Source: Pseudomonadota bacterium (lineage in GTDB: Bacteria; Pseudomonadota; Alphaproteobacteria; Caulobacterales; Hyphomonadaceae). From it: a stretch of 64,000 nucleotides of DNA. The notes beneath the pieces are model-generated. The model searched no databases. It was not told the origin of the DNA and saw only the letters and a list, made by a program, of their open reading frames with translations. Each line of letters starts with the position of its first letter. The stretch's first letter is position 1. The stretch is from contig JBCBKE010000004.1 of assembly GCA_038522375.1 (NCBI GenBank), forward strand, positions 4,310 through 68,309, in the 5' to 3' direction. Positions 32,601-42,466 of this stretch are shown here, one piece after another. The position numbers and the translations under genes are program-made.

Positions 32601-35117
32601 ATGCGTACAATCCTGTCTGCGACAGCACTTGCCACGGCATTTATCGTGGCGCCCAGCCTTTCGGTCGGCGGTCTGGCTGTCGCGCAGGAAGACCCTCTGG
32701 CCGGCACAATCCGTTCAGTCCTGGTGGAAGGGAACCGCCGGATTGAAGCGCGGACCGTGCAATCGTACCTGCTGCTCGAGCCCGGCGACCCGTTCGATGC
32801 CCAGCGAATTGATCTGTCGCTGAAGACGCTCTTCGCCACCGGTCTCTTTACCGATGTGGCGATTGACCGACGTGGCGCGGACCTGATCGTCCGTGTCGTT
32901 GAGAACCCGATCATCAACCGGGTGCTGTTCGAGGGAAACCGTGCGCTGGACGATGACAAGTTCCGGGAGGAAATCCAGGCGGCACCGCGGGGCATCTTCA
33001 CTGCGGCCCGTGTCCAGGCCGACGTCCAGCGGATCCTTGAGCTGTACAGGCAATCGGGACGGTTTTCCGCCACTGTGGAACCGGAGTACAAGCCGCTCGA
33101 CCAGAACCGGGTCGATTTGATCTTCAAGATGACTGAGGGGCCGGTCACCGGCGTCCGCGCCATCAATTTCATTGGCAACCAAGCCTACACCGATAGCCGC
33201 CTGCGCGGCGAGATCGTCACGAAGCAGAGCCGGCTCTGGCGGTTCTTCAGCTCAAACGACAATTACGACCCGGGCCGGCTGGAGTTTGACCGTGAACAGC
33301 TGAGACAGTTCTACCAGAACAATGGCTACTATGATTTCCGGGTCGTTTCCGCGGTGGCGGACCTCACGCCTGATCGTGAGGATTTCTACATCACCTTCAC
33401 TGTTGAGGAGGGGGAGCAGTACACCTTCGGCGAGGTGAAGGTCGAAACAGCGCTCGACAAGCTGAACGCCGAATTTCTGACCCGTTCAATCCCGATCCTT
33501 GAAGGTGACCTCTACCAGGGCAATCGGATCGAAGACACGATCGACGCCCTCACCTTCGCAGCGGGTGTTTCCGGATACGCCTTCGTCGATATCCGCCCGC
33601 AGATCCAGGCCAATCCCGAAACCAATACCATCGATGTCGTCTTTGCCATTGATGAGGGGCCGCGGGTGTATGTCGAGCGGATCGATATTGTGGGAAATTC
33701 GCGTACGCTGGACCGCGTGGTGCGCCGTGAACTGCGCTTTGCCGAGGGTGACGCCTTCAACCGGGTTCTGCTGGACCGGTCTCGGAACCGGGTCAGAAGT
33801 CTCGGTTTCTTCGAAGAAGTGGAGATCACCGAAACGCCTGGCACGACGGCTGACCGTACCGTTGTCGAAGTGGCCGTGAAGGAGCAGCCAACCGGCGAAT
33901 TGTCCTTCGCCGCGGGCTTTTCATCGGTTGAGAATTTCCTCTTCGACTTTTCCGTCGTCCAGCGAAACTTGCGCGGAGCTGGCCAATCGGCCGTGGCCCG
34001 CCTGTCGCTGTCCGAAAACCGGCAAACGGTTGATTTCAGGTTTACCGAGCCCCGCTTTCTCGACCGCAATCTCGCAGCAGGCATCGACCTTTTTGCAACA
34101 CGGACAGACTTTCTCGAACAGGCCTTCTTCGAGAGCGAGACGATCGGGGCCGGGGTCAGGGTGGGTTTCCCGCTGTCAGAGCGGACCAATCTGGGCCTTC
34201 GTTACAGGCTGCAGAGTGACGAGTTGAACCTTGCAGGCAATGTCATCATCGATGAGAACGGGACTGTCATCGCCCGGGAGAGCGTCTTTGACCCTCTCGA
34301 CGAGTCGGACCTGTCGGATCCAGAAACGCAATCCATCGTAAACGCCTGTGACGACCAGGTCTTGCTGGGACGGGACCCGAACTGCGAGGAGCGTGGTTTA
34401 TCGTCTATTCTCGGCTACACGTTCAACTGGGACCGGCGGAACGATCCGATCACCCCTACGCGGGGCTTTGATCTGAGTATCAGTCAGGATCTCTCCGGTC
34501 TTGGCGGTGACGTGGAGTATTTCGAAACCGAGGCGACGGCGGCCTGGTACCGAGGTCTGTGGGGAGACCTGCGGTTAAGTACGCGTATCTCAGGCGGCTA
34601 CATTTTCGCCTGGGGCAATGATGACATCGTGCGGATCAACAACCGCTTCTTCCGCGGCGGCAACTCGTTCCGAGGCTTCGACGTCGCCGGCCTTGGACCC
34701 CGGACCATCATCCGCCAGTTCGATGCCGAAGGAAACGAGATCAGGTATGTGCGCGACCGGGCCCAGGGCGGAAACATCTACTACCAGGGCACAGTTGAAC
34801 TCAGCGTTCCAAACTTCCTTCCCGAGGAGTATGGCATCAGGACATCGCTGTTCCTTGAGGCCGGTTCGCTCGGCTATCTGGACGAGCGGGCACGCGTGAA
34901 CGGAGCAGGGGAGCCGTTTACCGTCACAGAGTTGAGCGACGGCACAACCACCGTCCAGTTCATCGATGATGGCCTGGGTTTAAGGGCAACGACTGGCCTC
35001 AGTGTCTTTTGGCGGTCACCTTTTGGGCCTATACGGTTCGATTTCTCGCAGATCCTCAGGCGAGAACAGTTTGACCGGACACAAACTTTCCGGTTCTCAA
35101 CATCAACGAGTTTCTAG
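32601..35117 (+). CDS. bamA: outer membrane protein assembly factor BamA
   Basis: 838-aa protein with a signal peptide, repeated POTRA-like units (...I..V.VEGN.R...), and a C-terminal beta-barrel ending ...FRFSTSTSF. Confidence 0.95.
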   Translation: MRTILSATALATAFIVAPSLSVGGLAVAQEDPLAGTIRSVLVEGNRRIEARTVQSYLLLEPGDPFDAQRIDLSLKTLFATGLFTDVAIDRRGADLIVRVVENPIINRVLFEGNRALDDDKFREEIQAAPRGIFTAARVQADVQRILELYRQSGRFSATVEPEYKPLDQNRVDLIFKMTEGPVTGVRAINFIGNQAYTDSRLRGEIVTKQSRLWRFFSSNDNYDPGRLEFDREQLRQFYQNNGYYDFRVVSAVADLTPDREDFYITFTVEEGEQYTFGEVKVETALDKLNAEFLTRSIPILEGDLYQGNRIEDTIDALTFAAGVSGYAFVDIRPQIQANPETNTIDVVFAIDEGPRVYVERIDIVGNSRTLDRVVRRELRFAEGDAFNRVLLDRSRNRVRSLGFFEEVEITETPGTTADRTVVEVAVKEQPTGELSFAAGFSSVENFLFDFSVVQRNLRGAGQSAVARLSLSENRQTVDFRFTEPRFLDRNLAAGIDLFATRTDFLEQAFFESETIGAGVRVGFPLSERTNLGLRYRLQSDELNLAGNVIIDENGTVIARESVFDPLDESDLSDPETQSIVNACDDQVLLGRDPNCEERGLSSILGYTFNWDRRNDPITPTRGFDLSISQDLSGLGGDVEYFETEATAAWYRGLWGDLRLSTRISGGYIFAWGNDDIVRINNRFFRGGNSFRGFDVAGLGPRTIIRQFDAEGNEIRYVRDRAQGGNIYYQGTVELSVPNFLPEEYGIRTSLFLEAGSLGYLDERARVNGAGEPFTVTELSDGTTTVQFIDDGLGLRATTGLSVFWRSPFGPIRFDFSQILRREQFDRTQTFRFSTSTSF

Positions 35118-35147
35118 TCACCGAGTTTTAGCCCCCAGGAGTTCACC

Positions 35148-35744
35148 ATGCTGAACATGAAGCCGCTCACCGCCTTCGTGGCGATGATCATCGCCCTCGC
35201 GGTGGTTGCGCCTGCTGCGTTCGCCCAGACAAAGGTCATCGTGATCGACCAGGCGCAGATCGAGCGCGATAGCCAGGCCGGTCAGAGCCTGCGTAACGCG
35301 TTAGCCACCATCAATACGCAGATGCAGTCGGAGGTCGCACCCGGCGAGCAGGCTTACCAGGCCCAGGAGGCCGCCTTCCAGGGCAAGGTCGCAAACATGA
35401 CCCAGGAAGCCATGCAAGCTGATCCCGGCATCCAGACCGAGTTCCGTGCCCTGCAGACAAAGGCTGCTGAGGTGTCGCAGGCCCGGGAAGTCCGCGCTGC
35501 TGAAATGCGGATGACCCAACGCAAGGCGGCCCAGGCCTATGCCGAGGCCCTGCGCCCCGTCGTCCTTGAAGTGATGGCGGAGGAAAACGCCCAGGTCGTG
35601 CTCGACAAGGCCAGTGTTCTGATGTCTGACGACGCCATCGACGTGACAACCAAGATCATCAGCAAGCTGGATGCCGCAACACCGACCATATCGGTAACCC
35701 GCGAGCGGCTTCCCCAGCAGCCCGCAGCGAACGCAGGTCAATAA
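35148..35744 (+). CDS. OmpH/Skp family periplasmic chaperone
   Basis: Signal peptide followed by a Gln/Ala/Glu-rich coiled-coil body. It occupies the canonical position between bamA and lpxD. Confidence 0.85.
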   Translation: MLNMKPLTAFVAMIIALAVVAPAAFAQTKVIVIDQAQIERDSQAGQSLRNALATINTQMQSEVAPGEQAYQAQEAAFQGKVANMTQEAMQADPGIQTEFRALQTKAAEVSQAREVRAAEMRMTQRKAAQAYAEALRPVVLEVMAEENAQVVLDKASVLMSDDAIDVTTKIISKLDAATPTISVTRERLPQQPAANAGQ

Positions 35745-35768
35745 CAGGATTGGACAGGGGCGGGCGCC

Positions 35769-36785
35769 ATGGCCATTGATCCCAGATTCTACACGTCGAC
35801 CGGGGCTGCGACGCTGGAGGATTGGGCAAAGGCCACCGGCGCCCGTCTCGTTGGCGACCCTTCTATTGCGGTCACCGGGGTCGGCGCGGCCCAGTCCGCG
35901 ATCGCCGGCGACGTCTGTTTCTTCGAAGGCGATGCCAAGGACCTGGCCGGCATTTCGCGCGTGGCGGCCGCCTGCGTTATCGGCGCTGATCTTGCCGGCG
36001 ATCTCCCTTCCGGGGTTGCGGCACTGGTCTCCGAAACACCGCGCAGGGCACACATGAAAGGTGCAGCCCTGTTCTTCGCGCTGAAGCGGATTGGCCAACA
36101 GGAAGGTGCGGTCCATTCCTCGGCGGCCATTCATGATACTGCCGAGTTGGCGCCAGGCGTCGTGATCGGTGCAGGGGCCGCCATTGGAGCGCGGACGGTC
36201 ATCGGCGCAAACACGGTCATCGGTCCAGGCGTGCAGATCGGCGAGGCTTGCACTGTGGGATCCAACGCATCGATCCAGTGCGCCTTGATCGGAAACCACG
36301 TCACCTTGTTGTCAGGCATACGGATTGGCGAAACTGGTTTCGGTGTGATCCCCGGTGAGCACGGCGCAGAAGATATTCCCCACTACGGGCGTGTCATCAT
36401 CCAGGACCATGTGAGCATCGGCGCCAACACGTGCGTCGATCGCGGCGCATTCGACGATACGGTGATTGGCGAGCGGACCAAGATCGATAATTTCTGCCAG
36501 ATTGCCCACAACTGCCAGATCGGGCGCAATGTCGTGATTGCTGCCTTCGCGGGTATCTCCGGCAGCGTGACGATCAAGGATGGCGCAAGGCTGGGCGGGC
36601 GTGTTGGCATTGCCGACCACGTCACCATGGGGCGGGGATCGACCCTTGCGGCGTCGGCCGGTATCTTCCGTGACATACCCGATGGCGAAACCTGGGGTGG
36701 GACGCCGGGAAAACCGATCCGGCAATGGCTGCGCGAAACGGCATGGCTCCAGAAGCAGGCGAGCGGCAAGAAGACGCCTTCGTGA
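35769..36785 (+). CDS. lpxD: UDP-3-O-(3-hydroxyacyl)glucosamine N-acyltransferase
   Basis: 338-aa protein with the N-terminal LpxD-type domain and left-handed beta-helix hexapeptide repeats (...IGANTVIGPGVQIGE...). Confidence 0.93.
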   Translation: MAIDPRFYTSTGAATLEDWAKATGARLVGDPSIAVTGVGAAQSAIAGDVCFFEGDAKDLAGISRVAAACVIGADLAGDLPSGVAALVSETPRRAHMKGAALFFALKRIGQQEGAVHSSAAIHDTAELAPGVVIGAGAAIGARTVIGANTVIGPGVQIGEACTVGSNASIQCALIGNHVTLLSGIRIGETGFGVIPGEHGAEDIPHYGRVIIQDHVSIGANTCVDRGAFDDTVIGERTKIDNFCQIAHNCQIGRNVVIAAFAGISGSVTIKDGARLGGRVGIADHVTMGRGSTLAASAGIFRDIPDGETWGGTPGKPIRQWLRETAWLQKQASGKKTPS

Positions 36786-37582
36786 GCGTATCAATCCATC
36801 CGATGGCAAACGTGGAACCGGGCGCTGAACTTGGTGACGGGGTCACGATCGGACCGTTCGCCCATGTGGGTGCCGAGGTCATCCTCGGGGCGGGAACAAC
36901 GATCCACAACCACGCCAGCGTGGTTGGCCGCACGGAACTCGGTGAAGCGTGTGCGGTGTATCCGAACAGCTCGATTGGCGGTGCGCCGCAATCGCTGGGT
37001 TTCAAGCCTGATCCAGCGTCGCGGTTGCGTGTTGGCGCGCGAACGGTGTTCCGTGAAAACACGACGGCCCATGCAGGGCTGCCGAAGCATTCCGGCACCA
37101 CGGAGATCGGCTCCGACTGCTACTTCATGCATGGATCGCATGTGGGTCACGATTGTCATGTCGGGAACAATTGCGTACTGGCGGCTCTCGTTTGCATCGG
37201 TGGTCACTGCACAATCGGTGAGACGGTATGGATGGGCGGCCTCTGTGCGCTTCACCAGTTTACCCAGGTCGGTGATCATGCCTTTATCGGTGGCGGTTCG
37301 GTCGTTGTCGGCGATGTCATTCCCTTTGGAATAGTGGCCGGCAACAAGGCAGCACTCGCAGGACTGAACGTCATTGGCTTGAGCCGGCGCGGGTTTTCGA
37401 GGGATCGGATCAAGGCGCTTCGAAAGGGCTACAAGGCAATTTTTCGTTCGGATCGGCACTTTTCGGAAGCGGTCTCTGCGGCCAGTGCAACCCTTGGTGA
37501 CAATGAAGATGTGGCAAAGGTCCTGGCATTTATCGAGGCTGCGCGTGAACGTCCCCTGTGCATGCCGGAGCGGCGGCGGTGA
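36782..37582 (+). CDS. lpxA: acyl-ACP--UDP-N-acetylglucosamine O-acyltransferase
   Basis: The GTG start overlaps the lpxD stop (GTGA), which keeps the conserved N-terminus ..IHPMANVEPGAELG... Hexapeptide repeats and a helical C-terminus follow. The ORF upstream of 36782 overlaps lpxD. Confidence 0.9.
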   Translation: MSVSIHPMANVEPGAELGDGVTIGPFAHVGAEVILGAGTTIHNHASVVGRTELGEACAVYPNSSIGGAPQSLGFKPDPASRLRVGARTVFRENTTAHAGLPKHSGTTEIGSDCYFMHGSHVGHDCHVGNNCVLAALVCIGGHCTIGETVWMGGLCALHQFTQVGDHAFIGGGSVVVGDVIPFGIVAGNKAALAGLNVIGLSRRGFSRDRIKALRKGYKAIFRSDRHFSEAVSAASATLGDNEDVAKVLAFIEAARERPLCMPERRR

Positions 37583-38433
37583 CGGCGCCCCTGGGCATTA
37601 TTGCGGGGCTCGGCGACCTTCCCGTCACGATCGCTGATCAGGCGCGTGATCGGGGTGAACCTGTCTACATCCTGCGCATTGCCGGATTTGAGGAGCCCCG
37701 CCTTGCTGATTATCCGGGGGAAGTCGTCGGGTTTGGTGAAATCGGGCGCCAGATGAAGCTCCTGAAGTCCGCCGGCTGCGAGAAGCTCGTGTTTGCCGGC
37801 ATCGTGAAGCGGCCCGACTTCTCTGCCCTGAAGCTCGATATGCGGGGGGCTCGGCTGCTTCCGAAAGTGCTGATGGCGGCGCGGAAAGGCGATGATGCCT
37901 TGCTTAGGGTCATGGTCGAAACCGTGGAAAAAGAAGGGATCAAGGTTATCGGTGCGCACGAGGCCAACAGGGATTTGACAATGAGCCGGGGCGTGCTGGC
38001 AGGACCACAACCGTCCGAAGCGGCCCTTGGGGACGCCAGACGAGCCTTGCAGGTCGCGCGCGAGATCGGTCGGCTCGATATCGGCCAGGGCTGTGTGGTG
38101 TGCGACGGGCTTGTCCTGGCGGTTGAAGCGCAGGAGGGGACCGACGCGATGCTGGCGCGCGTCAGCGGGTTGGCCGAGGAAGTCCGGGGCCGGGAAGGGG
38201 CGCGCCGGGGCGTTCTCGCCAAGGCCCCTAAACCGATCCAGGAGCGCCGGATCGATATGCCAACCATTGGTCTGTCAACGCTTGAGGGAGCGGCAAGGGC
38301 TGGTCTTGCCGGCATTGTGCTCGAACCCGGAGGCGCTTTGGTCCTTGAACGGGACGCCCTGATTGCGCGGGCTGACGCGCTCGGCGTCTTCATTCTGGGT
38401 CTGGACCAGGATGATCCGGGCGCGGGCGGGTAG
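37558..38433 (+). CDS. lpxI: UDP-2,3-diacylglucosamine diphosphatase LpxI (DUF1009)
   Basis: Contains ...LGIIAGLGDLPVTIA..., ...GQGCVV... and ...VLAKAPKPIQERRIDMPTIG.... It sits between lpxA and lpxB as in other alphaproteobacteria. An alternative GTG start at 37579 overlaps the lpxA stop. Confidence 0.88.
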   Translation: MHAGAAAVTAPLGIIAGLGDLPVTIADQARDRGEPVYILRIAGFEEPRLADYPGEVVGFGEIGRQMKLLKSAGCEKLVFAGIVKRPDFSALKLDMRGARLLPKVLMAARKGDDALLRVMVETVEKEGIKVIGAHEANRDLTMSRGVLAGPQPSEAALGDARRALQVAREIGRLDIGQGCVVCDGLVLAVEAQEGTDAMLARVSGLAEEVRGREGARRGVLAKAPKPIQERRIDMPTIGLSTLEGAARAGLAGIVLEPGGALVLERDALIARADALGVFILGLDQDDPGAGG

Positions 38434-38453
38434 GAACTGCGGGTACTGTTCCC

Positions 38454-39596
38454 ATGAGGATCCACTTCACAGCCGCCGAAGCCTCTGGCGATCTTCTTGG
38501 CCGAGAAGTTATCGAAGCCCTGCGTCTCAAGGCTCCTGAGATGGAAATTGCTGGGATCGGCGGTACGGAGATGGCGGTGGTCGGGGTCAGTAGTTCTATT
38601 GATCTCTCTCCCCTGTCCGTGATCGGAATCGTTGAGGGGATCCGCGCCTATGGCGATGTGAAGCGTCTCGTCGGCGAGGTCGCAGATGCCATCATCGCCT
38701 ATCAGCCCGACGCGGCTGTCCTGATCGATAGTTGGGGTTTCACGATCCGGCTGGCCAAGGAGCTTCGCCGTCGGGCACCCCATATCCGCCTGGTCAAGCT
38801 GGTCGGACCGCAGGTCTGGGCATCTCGGCCGGGTCGCGCAAAAAAGATTGCTGCGAACTATGACCACCTGCTTGCAATCAGTCCCATGGAACTGCCCCAC
38901 TATGAGGGTACAGGGCTCACCCCCACGGTGATTGGGGCGCCGGCCATGTCACGCAGTTACACCGGCGATGGCCCGGCATTTCGGGATAGCCATGCAATCG
39001 CTGCCGATGCGCCTCTCTTGCTCGTCCTGCCGGGCAGCCGCCCCAGTGAGATCAGGCGGGTTGCACCCGTCCTTGTTGCGGCAGCCGAGCGATGCAAGGC
39101 CGCGGTTCCCGCACTAGAGGTTGTGGCAACGCCCGCTGCCGGTGTGTCAGATGCGTTCAAGGCGCAGTTTGGCGCGCTCGACTGGTTGACGACTGTCGAT
39201 GCCGGCGACCGCCGCTATGATGCCATGGCGGCGGCCGATGTGGCGCTCGCCTGCTCGGGGACGGTGACGAGTGAAGTGGCCATCCAGGGTACAGCGTTGG
39301 TGGTTGGCTACAAGCTCGGCTGGATCACATGGGTGATCCTGCGGAGTGGCCTGTACCGCCGGAAGACCATCACAATGTTGAACATCGCCGCCGGTGACCA
39401 GCAGATCGCGCCCGAATTCGTTCAGTTGGATTTTACACCCGAGAAATTGGCCACCGCGGTTTTGGCGCGTCTGGAAAACCCCGATCTCGCCGCGTCCCAG
39501 GTCGCCGCGCAAACCGAGGCCCTGGGCCTGATGGGATTTGGAGGGCGGCCCGCCGCCGAGGTCGCTGCCGAAGCGATCCTCGGAGATCTTGCATAG
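38454..39596 (+). CDS. lpxB: lipid-A-disaccharide synthase
   Basis: Begins MRIHFTAAEASGDLLG... and contains ...LPGSRPSEIRR.... Confidence 0.93.
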   Translation: MRIHFTAAEASGDLLGREVIEALRLKAPEMEIAGIGGTEMAVVGVSSSIDLSPLSVIGIVEGIRAYGDVKRLVGEVADAIIAYQPDAAVLIDSWGFTIRLAKELRRRAPHIRLVKLVGPQVWASRPGRAKKIAANYDHLLAISPMELPHYEGTGLTPTVIGAPAMSRSYTGDGPAFRDSHAIAADAPLLLVLPGSRPSEIRRVAPVLVAAAERCKAAVPALEVVATPAAGVSDAFKAQFGALDWLTTVDAGDRRYDAMAAADVALACSGTVTSEVAIQGTALVVGYKLGWITWVILRSGLYRRKTITMLNIAAGDQQIAPEFVQLDFTPEKLATAVLARLENPDLAASQVAAQTEALGLMGFGGRPAAEVAAEAILGDLA

Positions 39597-39657
39597 TCCC
39601 CCGACCGGGTTCGTTCCGGGCCTGCGCTGGGGGAGGCTGGGCGACTCTTCCTGACGG

Positions 39658-40962
39658 TTACCGCTCCCGGATGGTGACGAAGTCCCGTTGCCCTGCACCC
39701 GTATAAAGCTGTCGGGGCCTGCCAATCCGCTGGTTCGGATCTTCGATCATTTCGTTGAGTTGTGCGACCCAGCCCACCGTTCGAGCCATGGCAAAGAGCA
39801 CGGTAAACATGTTCGTCGGGAAGCCGAGCGCGTCCATTGCGATACCGGAGTAGAAATCCACGTTGGGGTAGAGTTTCTTGTCGACGAAATAGGAGTCCTC
39901 CAGCGCGATCCGTTCCAATTCCTTCGCAACCTGCAAGATCGGGCTTTGGGCCACGTCCAGCTCTGCCATCAGTTCATGGACGGTGCTTTGCATGACGCGG
40001 GCGCGGGGATCGTAATTCTTGTAGACCCTGTGGCCAAAGCCCATGAGGCGGAACGGGTCGTCCTTGTCCTTCGCCCGGGCAATGAACTCTGGAATGCGGT
40101 CCACGGTCCCGATCTCGCGCAGCATGTTGAGGCAGGCTTCGTTGGCGCCGCCATGGGCTGGCCCCCAGAGGCACGCAATGCCAGCGGCAACGGCGGCGTA
40201 GGGATGTGCGCCTGATGAGCCGGCCAATCGAACCGTGGAGGTCGAGGCGTTCTGCTCGTGGTCGGCCTGCAGGATCAAGAGCCGGTCCATGGCCTTCGAG
40301 AATGTGGGGGAGACGCGGTAGTCTTCGGCGGGCACCGAAAAGCACATGCGCAGGAAGTTCTCCGCATAGCCCAGCTCGTTGCGTGGATGCACGAAGGGTT
40401 GGCCGATATTGTATTTGTAGATCCGCGCCGCGATGGTGGGCATTTTCGCGATCAGGCGAATGGACGCGAGGCGCCGCTCCTCCGGGTCTGCGCTGTCCAT
40501 GGCGCTGGGATAGAACGATGCGATGCCGCCGACGATGCCAGTGAACATGGCCATGGGATGACTGTCGCGCCGGAACCCGTCATAAAACCGGTCCATCTGC
40601 GTATGCAGCATTGTGTGCTGGGTCACCTCATTGGCGAAGGCCCGGAATTCGCTTTGCGTCGGCAATTCACCGTAAAGCAGGAGGAAGCAGACCTCCAGGA
40701 AGCCCGACTGGCTGGCCAGTTGCTCAATGGGATAGCCGCGGTGGAGCAGTCGCCCCTCATCGCCGTCGATGAAGGTGATCTGGCTCTCGCAACTGGCCGT
40801 CGAGGTGAACCCCGGATCAATCGTGAAATGGCCCGACTGGGCGTACAGTTTGCGAACATCAATGACATCAGGGCCTTCTGTGCCGGACAGGACGGGCAGT
40901 TCGACAGTCTGGCCACCAACGTCCAGTTTTGCCGTGCCCTTATTGACCATTTTGCTTTCCAT
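39658..40962 (-). CDS. gltA: citrate (Si)-synthase
   Basis: 434-aa protein with ...[10 protein letters not shown]... and ...[16 protein letters not shown].... Confidence 0.96.
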   Translation of the reverse strand: MESKMVNKGTAKLDVGGQTVELPVLSGTEGPDVIDVRKLYAQSGHFTIDPGFTSTASCESQITFIDGDEGRLLHRGYPIEQLASQSGFLEVCFLLLYGELPTQSEFRAFANEVTQHTMLHTQMDRFYDGFRRDSHPMAMFTGIVGGIASFYPSAMDSADPEERRLASIRLIAKMPTIAARIYKYNIGQPFVHPRNELGYAENFLRMCFSVPAEDYRVSPTFSKAMDRLLILQADHEQNASTSTVRLAGSSGAHPYAAVAAGIACLWGPAHGGANEACLNMLREIGTVDRIPEFIARAKDKDDPFRLMGFGHRVYKNYDPRARVMQSTVHELMAELDVAQSPILQVAKELERIALEDSYFVDKKLYPNVDFYSGIAMDALGFPTNMFTVLFAMARTVGWVAQLNEMIEDPNQRIGRPRQLYTGAGQRDFVTIRER

Positions 40963-40981
40963 GCCGGTTCAGCCCTCTAAG

Positions 40982-42466
40982 CTACGTTTTGTTTTCGGCC
41001 GCCTTGTCGGCTGCCAGTTGTTCATCCAAGCGCGACAGCACTTCATCTTTTCCGAGCCAATCAAGCACCAGATTGAGATCAGGTGCCGGGTTTCCGCCGG
41101 TAACGGCAGCGCGAAGAGCGGGGCCTACAGCACCCATCGTTATTCCTTGTGCGGCGCAGTAATCTTCAATTGATTGACTGATCTGGCCTGCGTCGAACGG
41201 CTCGGTTTCTGCCAACAATGTACGCATCGCCGCGAGATGGCGCAAGCCGTCACCCTTGAGGGCCTTGCGCGCCTTCTTGTTGAGGCTGAACGGCCTGGAC
41301 TGTGTAATGAAATCAAACGCCTCAGCGAGTGCAGGAAGGGTCGCACCGCGGTCTTTCATCTGCGGAAGCGACCGCCTGATCGCCATGAGTTGATCATCTG
41401 TGAGGGGCGTTTCGGTTTCCCAAAACCCGCGCAGGAGCGCTAGCAGCCGGTCGTCTTCGCAGCTGCGCAAGAACTGAGCGTTCACAGCGTCGAGTTTTTC
41501 GAGGTCAAGGCGCGCAGGCGCCTTGTTGATCCCGTCAAGCGAGAAGGCCGCCATCGCCTCCTTGTCAGTGAAGATCTCCTTGTCGCCCTGACTCCAGCCG
41601 AGCCGTAGAAGGTAGGCGCGCATGGCTTCGGGCAGGTAGCCCATATCGCGATAGGCCAGTGTCGAAAGGGCTCCATGGCGTTTCGAAAGTTTCGCCCCAT
41701 CCTGCCCGTGGATCATCGGAACATGGGCATAAAGGGGTACTGGCCATCCCATACCCTCGATCACCGGCCGCTGGCGGAATGCGTTCCTGAGATGGTCATC
41801 TCCGCGAACAACGTGGGTTATCCCCATATCGTGGTCATCCACAACGACGGCCAGCATGTAGGTCGGGCTGCCATCGGCGCGCAGCAGGATCAGGTCGTCG
41901 AGTTCGCTGGACTGAATTTCAATCCGCCCCTGGACCGCATCGTCAAGAACCTGTGTCCCCTTATCGGGCGCGCGCAGCCGGACTGTATAAGGGGCGTCTG
42001 GCGAAGGCGGCGGTGACCCGTCCCGCCAGGGCGAGCGGAACGGCGCAAGCAAGCCATCAGCTTCGGCCCGGAGGCCCGCGCGCGCGGCGTCAGACAGGCC
42101 CTCATCCTTCGCGGCGGCCCGCTTGGCTTCGCCAGCGTCCCGTCGCGCCTGGAGGTCCTCCGGCGTTGCGTAGCATCTGAACGCTGCGCCTTTTTCGATC
42201 AACGTATGGGCGACCTCGACATGCCGGTCTGCCCGTTCAGACTGGAACACCGGAGGGTCGTCCGGGTCGAGGCCGAGCCATGCCATGGCTTCCAGAATGG
42301 CTTCCGTTGCTTCCGGCGTCGAGCGAGCCTTGTCAGTATCTTCGATGCGCAAAAGAAACCGACCGCCATGGTGCCGCGCAAGAAGATAGTTGAAAAGTGC
42401 CGTCCGTGCGCCCCCAATGTGCAGCATGCCCGTCGGCGAGGGCGCAAATCGGGTCGTGACGGTCAT
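40982..42466 (-). CDS. gltX: glutamate--tRNA ligase
   Basis: The ORF was trimmed to Met-21, so the protein starts MTVTTRFAPSPTGMLHIGGARTALFNYL (HIGH motif). The KLSKRHG (KMSKS) motif is present. Confidence 0.93.
   Translation of the reverse strand: MTVTTRFAPSPTGMLHIGGARTALFNYLLARHHGGRFLLRIEDTDKARSTPEATEAILEAMAWLGLDPDDPPVFQSERADRHVEVAHTLIEKGAAFRCYATPEDLQARRDAGEAKRAAAKDEGLSDAARAGLRAEADGLLAPFRSPWRDGSPPPSPDAPYTVRLRAPDKGTQVLDDAVQGRIEIQSSELDDLILLRADGSPTYMLAVVVDDHDMGITHVVRGDDHLRNAFRQRPVIEGMGWPVPLYAHVPMIHGQDGAKLSKRHGALSTLAYRDMGYLPEAMRAYLLRLGWSQGDKEIFTDKEAMAAFSLDGINKAPARLDLEKLDAVNAQFLRSCEDDRLLALLRGFWETETPLTDDQLMAIRRSLPQMKDRGATLPALAEAFDFITQSRPFSLNKKARKALKGDGLRHLAAMRTLLAETEPFDAGQISQSIEDYCAAQGITMGAVGPALRAAVTGGNPAPDLNLVLDWLGKDEVLSRLDEQLAADKAAENKT

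Noticed and set aside
42206-42466. The 5' extension of the comEC ORF, and similar N-terminal extensions of ORFs at 6605, 13106, 17094, 20947, 42467-42526 (gltX), 46718, 49338, 50982 and 55466.
   Set aside because: The extensions overlap the preceding or opposite conserved gene and lack family-typical sequence. Internal starts restore canonical N-termini, signal peptides or stop/start coupling.
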